Assembly (NCBI RefSeq): GCF_963921235.1
Contig: NC_086108.1
Coordinates: 74,836,001 to 74,900,000 of the forward strand
Length of the DNA stretch: 64,000 nt
Direction of reading: 5' to 3'
Source: Mobula hypostoma
Taxonomy: Eukaryota
Shown here: positions 61,729 to 64,000 of the stretch, piece by piece
Layout: every line of letters begins with the position of its first letter
How positions within the stretch are numbered: position 1 is the first letter of the stretch
Position numbers and translations under genes: made by a program
Notes under the pieces: generated by a model
What the model saw: the letters and a program-made list of their open reading frames with translations, nothing else
What the model was told of the DNA's origin: nothing
Database searches by the model: none

Positions 61729-63865
61729 GTAGTAATGCTCAAGCTCTCTGTCACAATTTAATTTAAATGTCAATTGGTAACTGCCAGTGCTGACAATTAC
61801 CCAGCCAACTGATCTTCATTTATTGCAGTTAGAAATAAGTGAGAGACCCTTTCCATTTCAGGCACTAGTCAATTAAGGGCACATTATTTAATATGCTGTA
61901 TTATATGACTCTGAAGTTATTTAACACCATACCAAAAGGAATAGAATTGACTCTTTACATCCCTGGAACTGACAAAATAGGACTATTATTTTTTAAGTCT
62001 TTCTCTGTGATAATGTATAGCTTCTGTCATGAAGAAGTCCAGTAACAATCAAACAGATGTTTTCTATAAGATATTTCACTCTTTGTCACAGTGCACCATT
62101 TGGTAAAGAAAACTGATACAGATGAATTTTCACTAGTGGAAAGTAATGGACATTTTTTTCATTAGTGGTAATGGTTGGATCAGTCACAATTAACCTTTGA
62201 AGTCCTAACAGTGTGCACAAGTCGAATAGCTCATTAAATAAATGGACTCATTGTGATTACACATTTTCATGGTTGACCAGTCATTGGTAAAAGGTCAGTC
62301 AGCTCTTTGATCAGAAAAAGAAACACAACTTGGATTTAATGAAAAAAAATCTTATGCACAGCTGCATTATCATCTCTTTTATTTTCAGAAAGGCTTGTGA
62401 AGGAGGATTGGTGGAATGTGTGTACCCTCCATGTTTGCTTGTCCACTCATCACTGTGTCTATAATTGATACTGAAAGGAATCTTAGTAGCCCATTGACAC
62501 ATATGAACTTATTAATTGTTGAAATATAAACATGTGACTTGAAATAAATAAGAAGAGGAAACTCAGAAGAAACTATTTTAAAAACAATACGCTGTTTTTG
62601 AAAGTGACCATGATCCTGAAACTTTATGAGCAATTGATCGCATAGGTCATAATTGGATCTGAGCAAACCACATGTATTCTATTTATCTTTTTATATTGCC
62701 CAATTTACTATTTTTATATTCCCTGCAATAACTTTCTCAAAGCTTTTACATTTTTATTGCATACTGCCTAGTCACTTTAGCAGGTCACCATGTTCAGAAG
62801 CAGACTGCTAAAAGAACTTCAGTGAGAGTTTTCTTCATACTTCTGTTCTATCAGTTCTGTATTGGTTGGAATGATAAATTCAAGATAGAAGGAATGGAGT
62901 TTGTCTGGGTTTAGAAAAATTTACACCTTCTGCAAATTTGAACAAAATCGAGCCGCATTTAATAAACATAGTTGACACAAATTACTCCTTTAGGGAAAAG
63001 GATTTTATCATAATTTAAGTACATTGAAAATACAAATCCATCTAACAAAAAAATAACCTTACTGTGTTTTTCCAAGTTAATTCTGAAAAAGGGATTATTA
63101 TGATTCAAGATATGTTGAAATAAGTATTTTCTTACATTCCATTGAATTGGTGATCTGCATTCCATTTTTTTTCAAAGAATATGGTATCAGTGCCTTTTAA
63201 ATGGGGCCGTTGGTAAGGTGTATAGTCTGGACCCTTTGAATCCATAGTCCATGGTCTTTTAAGGCATTTGATGACCTGGACTTAAAATGTGCTGTCTGAA
63301 GCACTAACCTACAAGAAGAGGTTAAATCCTAATAAACAGCTTAGTGGTCAGAATTTCAGAAACATGTAGGAAGTCATTAAAAGTAAGCCTTGGATCTAAG
63401 CATTGACTCTAACCATGAGTCTGACCTGATGAGACCTGGTTGTAGCATTATTTTTTTAATTCTTTGCTGGAAATCAGGAATTTTGCTTGTAATAAAATTT
63501 CCTATGGTATAAGCTCATTGCATTTGTCGGCATTAAGATTTTCAACCACATTGATATGCTAACATTGGAAAATCAATCACACTAAATGGTTTCTTACTTG
63601 TGGAGGGCTAATCCATGAATTTCTGATATGTATTCAGAGATCAGAACTATGGATGGGAAAAATTCTCCTAATCATTATTTTAAAGCAGGCATATGTACTA
63701 GCTGTCAAAAGCGCTCATGTTAGTGCAACACACAATAGTTACTGGCAGTGAAATTTCCAAACTCCCTGGATTAATTACCCACAGAACATCCAGGTTCTAT
63801 TATCTGTAAGTCCTTGAAACTATGCTGTTCAGAGGACCAGTACTCAAACAATATTTTTTGCCTTA

Positions 63866-64000
63866 CATAGTCATAGTCAGAGTCATACTTTATTGATCCT
63901 GGGAGAAATTGGTTTTTGTTACAGTTGCACCATAAATAATAAACAGTAATAGAACCATAAATAGTTAAATAGTAATAAGTAAATTATGCCAGTAAATTAT
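63866..64000 (-). mobile_element. LINE 3' tail running off the window edge
   Basis: Minus strand ...GGATCAATAAAGTATGACTCTGACTATGACTATG: poly(A)-like signal plus short tandem tail, as in the Rex1-type ends in this window. Confidence 0.55.

Overview
Eukaryotic, repeat-dense, non-coding DNA of roughly 40% GC (by eye). The repeat families (several CR1 LINE subfamilies, Rex1/Babar LINEs, Penelope-like elements, V-SINE/HE1-type SINEs) point to a cartilaginous fish, probably a ray; this is inference. I found no host protein-coding gene I can name. The long ORFs I could interpret are retroelement fragments, their antisense frames, or chimeras across nested insertions. Contents: many 5'-truncated CR1 and Rex1 copies, a decayed Gypsy (K02A2.6/Mag-like) element lacking RT/RNase H, four solo LTRs, an I/Nimb-clade LINE 3' end, a mariner-type MITE, tRNA-derived SINEs, two copies of a ~650-bp non-autonomous retroposon, and many Penelope termini. 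The best leads are: (1) minimal hammerhead-ribozyme motifs in the Penelope termini, plus ~200-bp palindromic mini-elements with perfect 13-14 bp TSDs; (2) a decayed tRNA-Glu(CTC)-like module inside a solo LTR; (3) two related solo LTRs with unrelated 67-68 bp tandem arrays, one made of hairpins; (4) a 67-bp near-perfect inverted duplication beside the Gypsy truncation; (5) several templated-insertion repair scars. Family names come from motif recognition, not database searches. Boundaries without a stated TSD are approximate.
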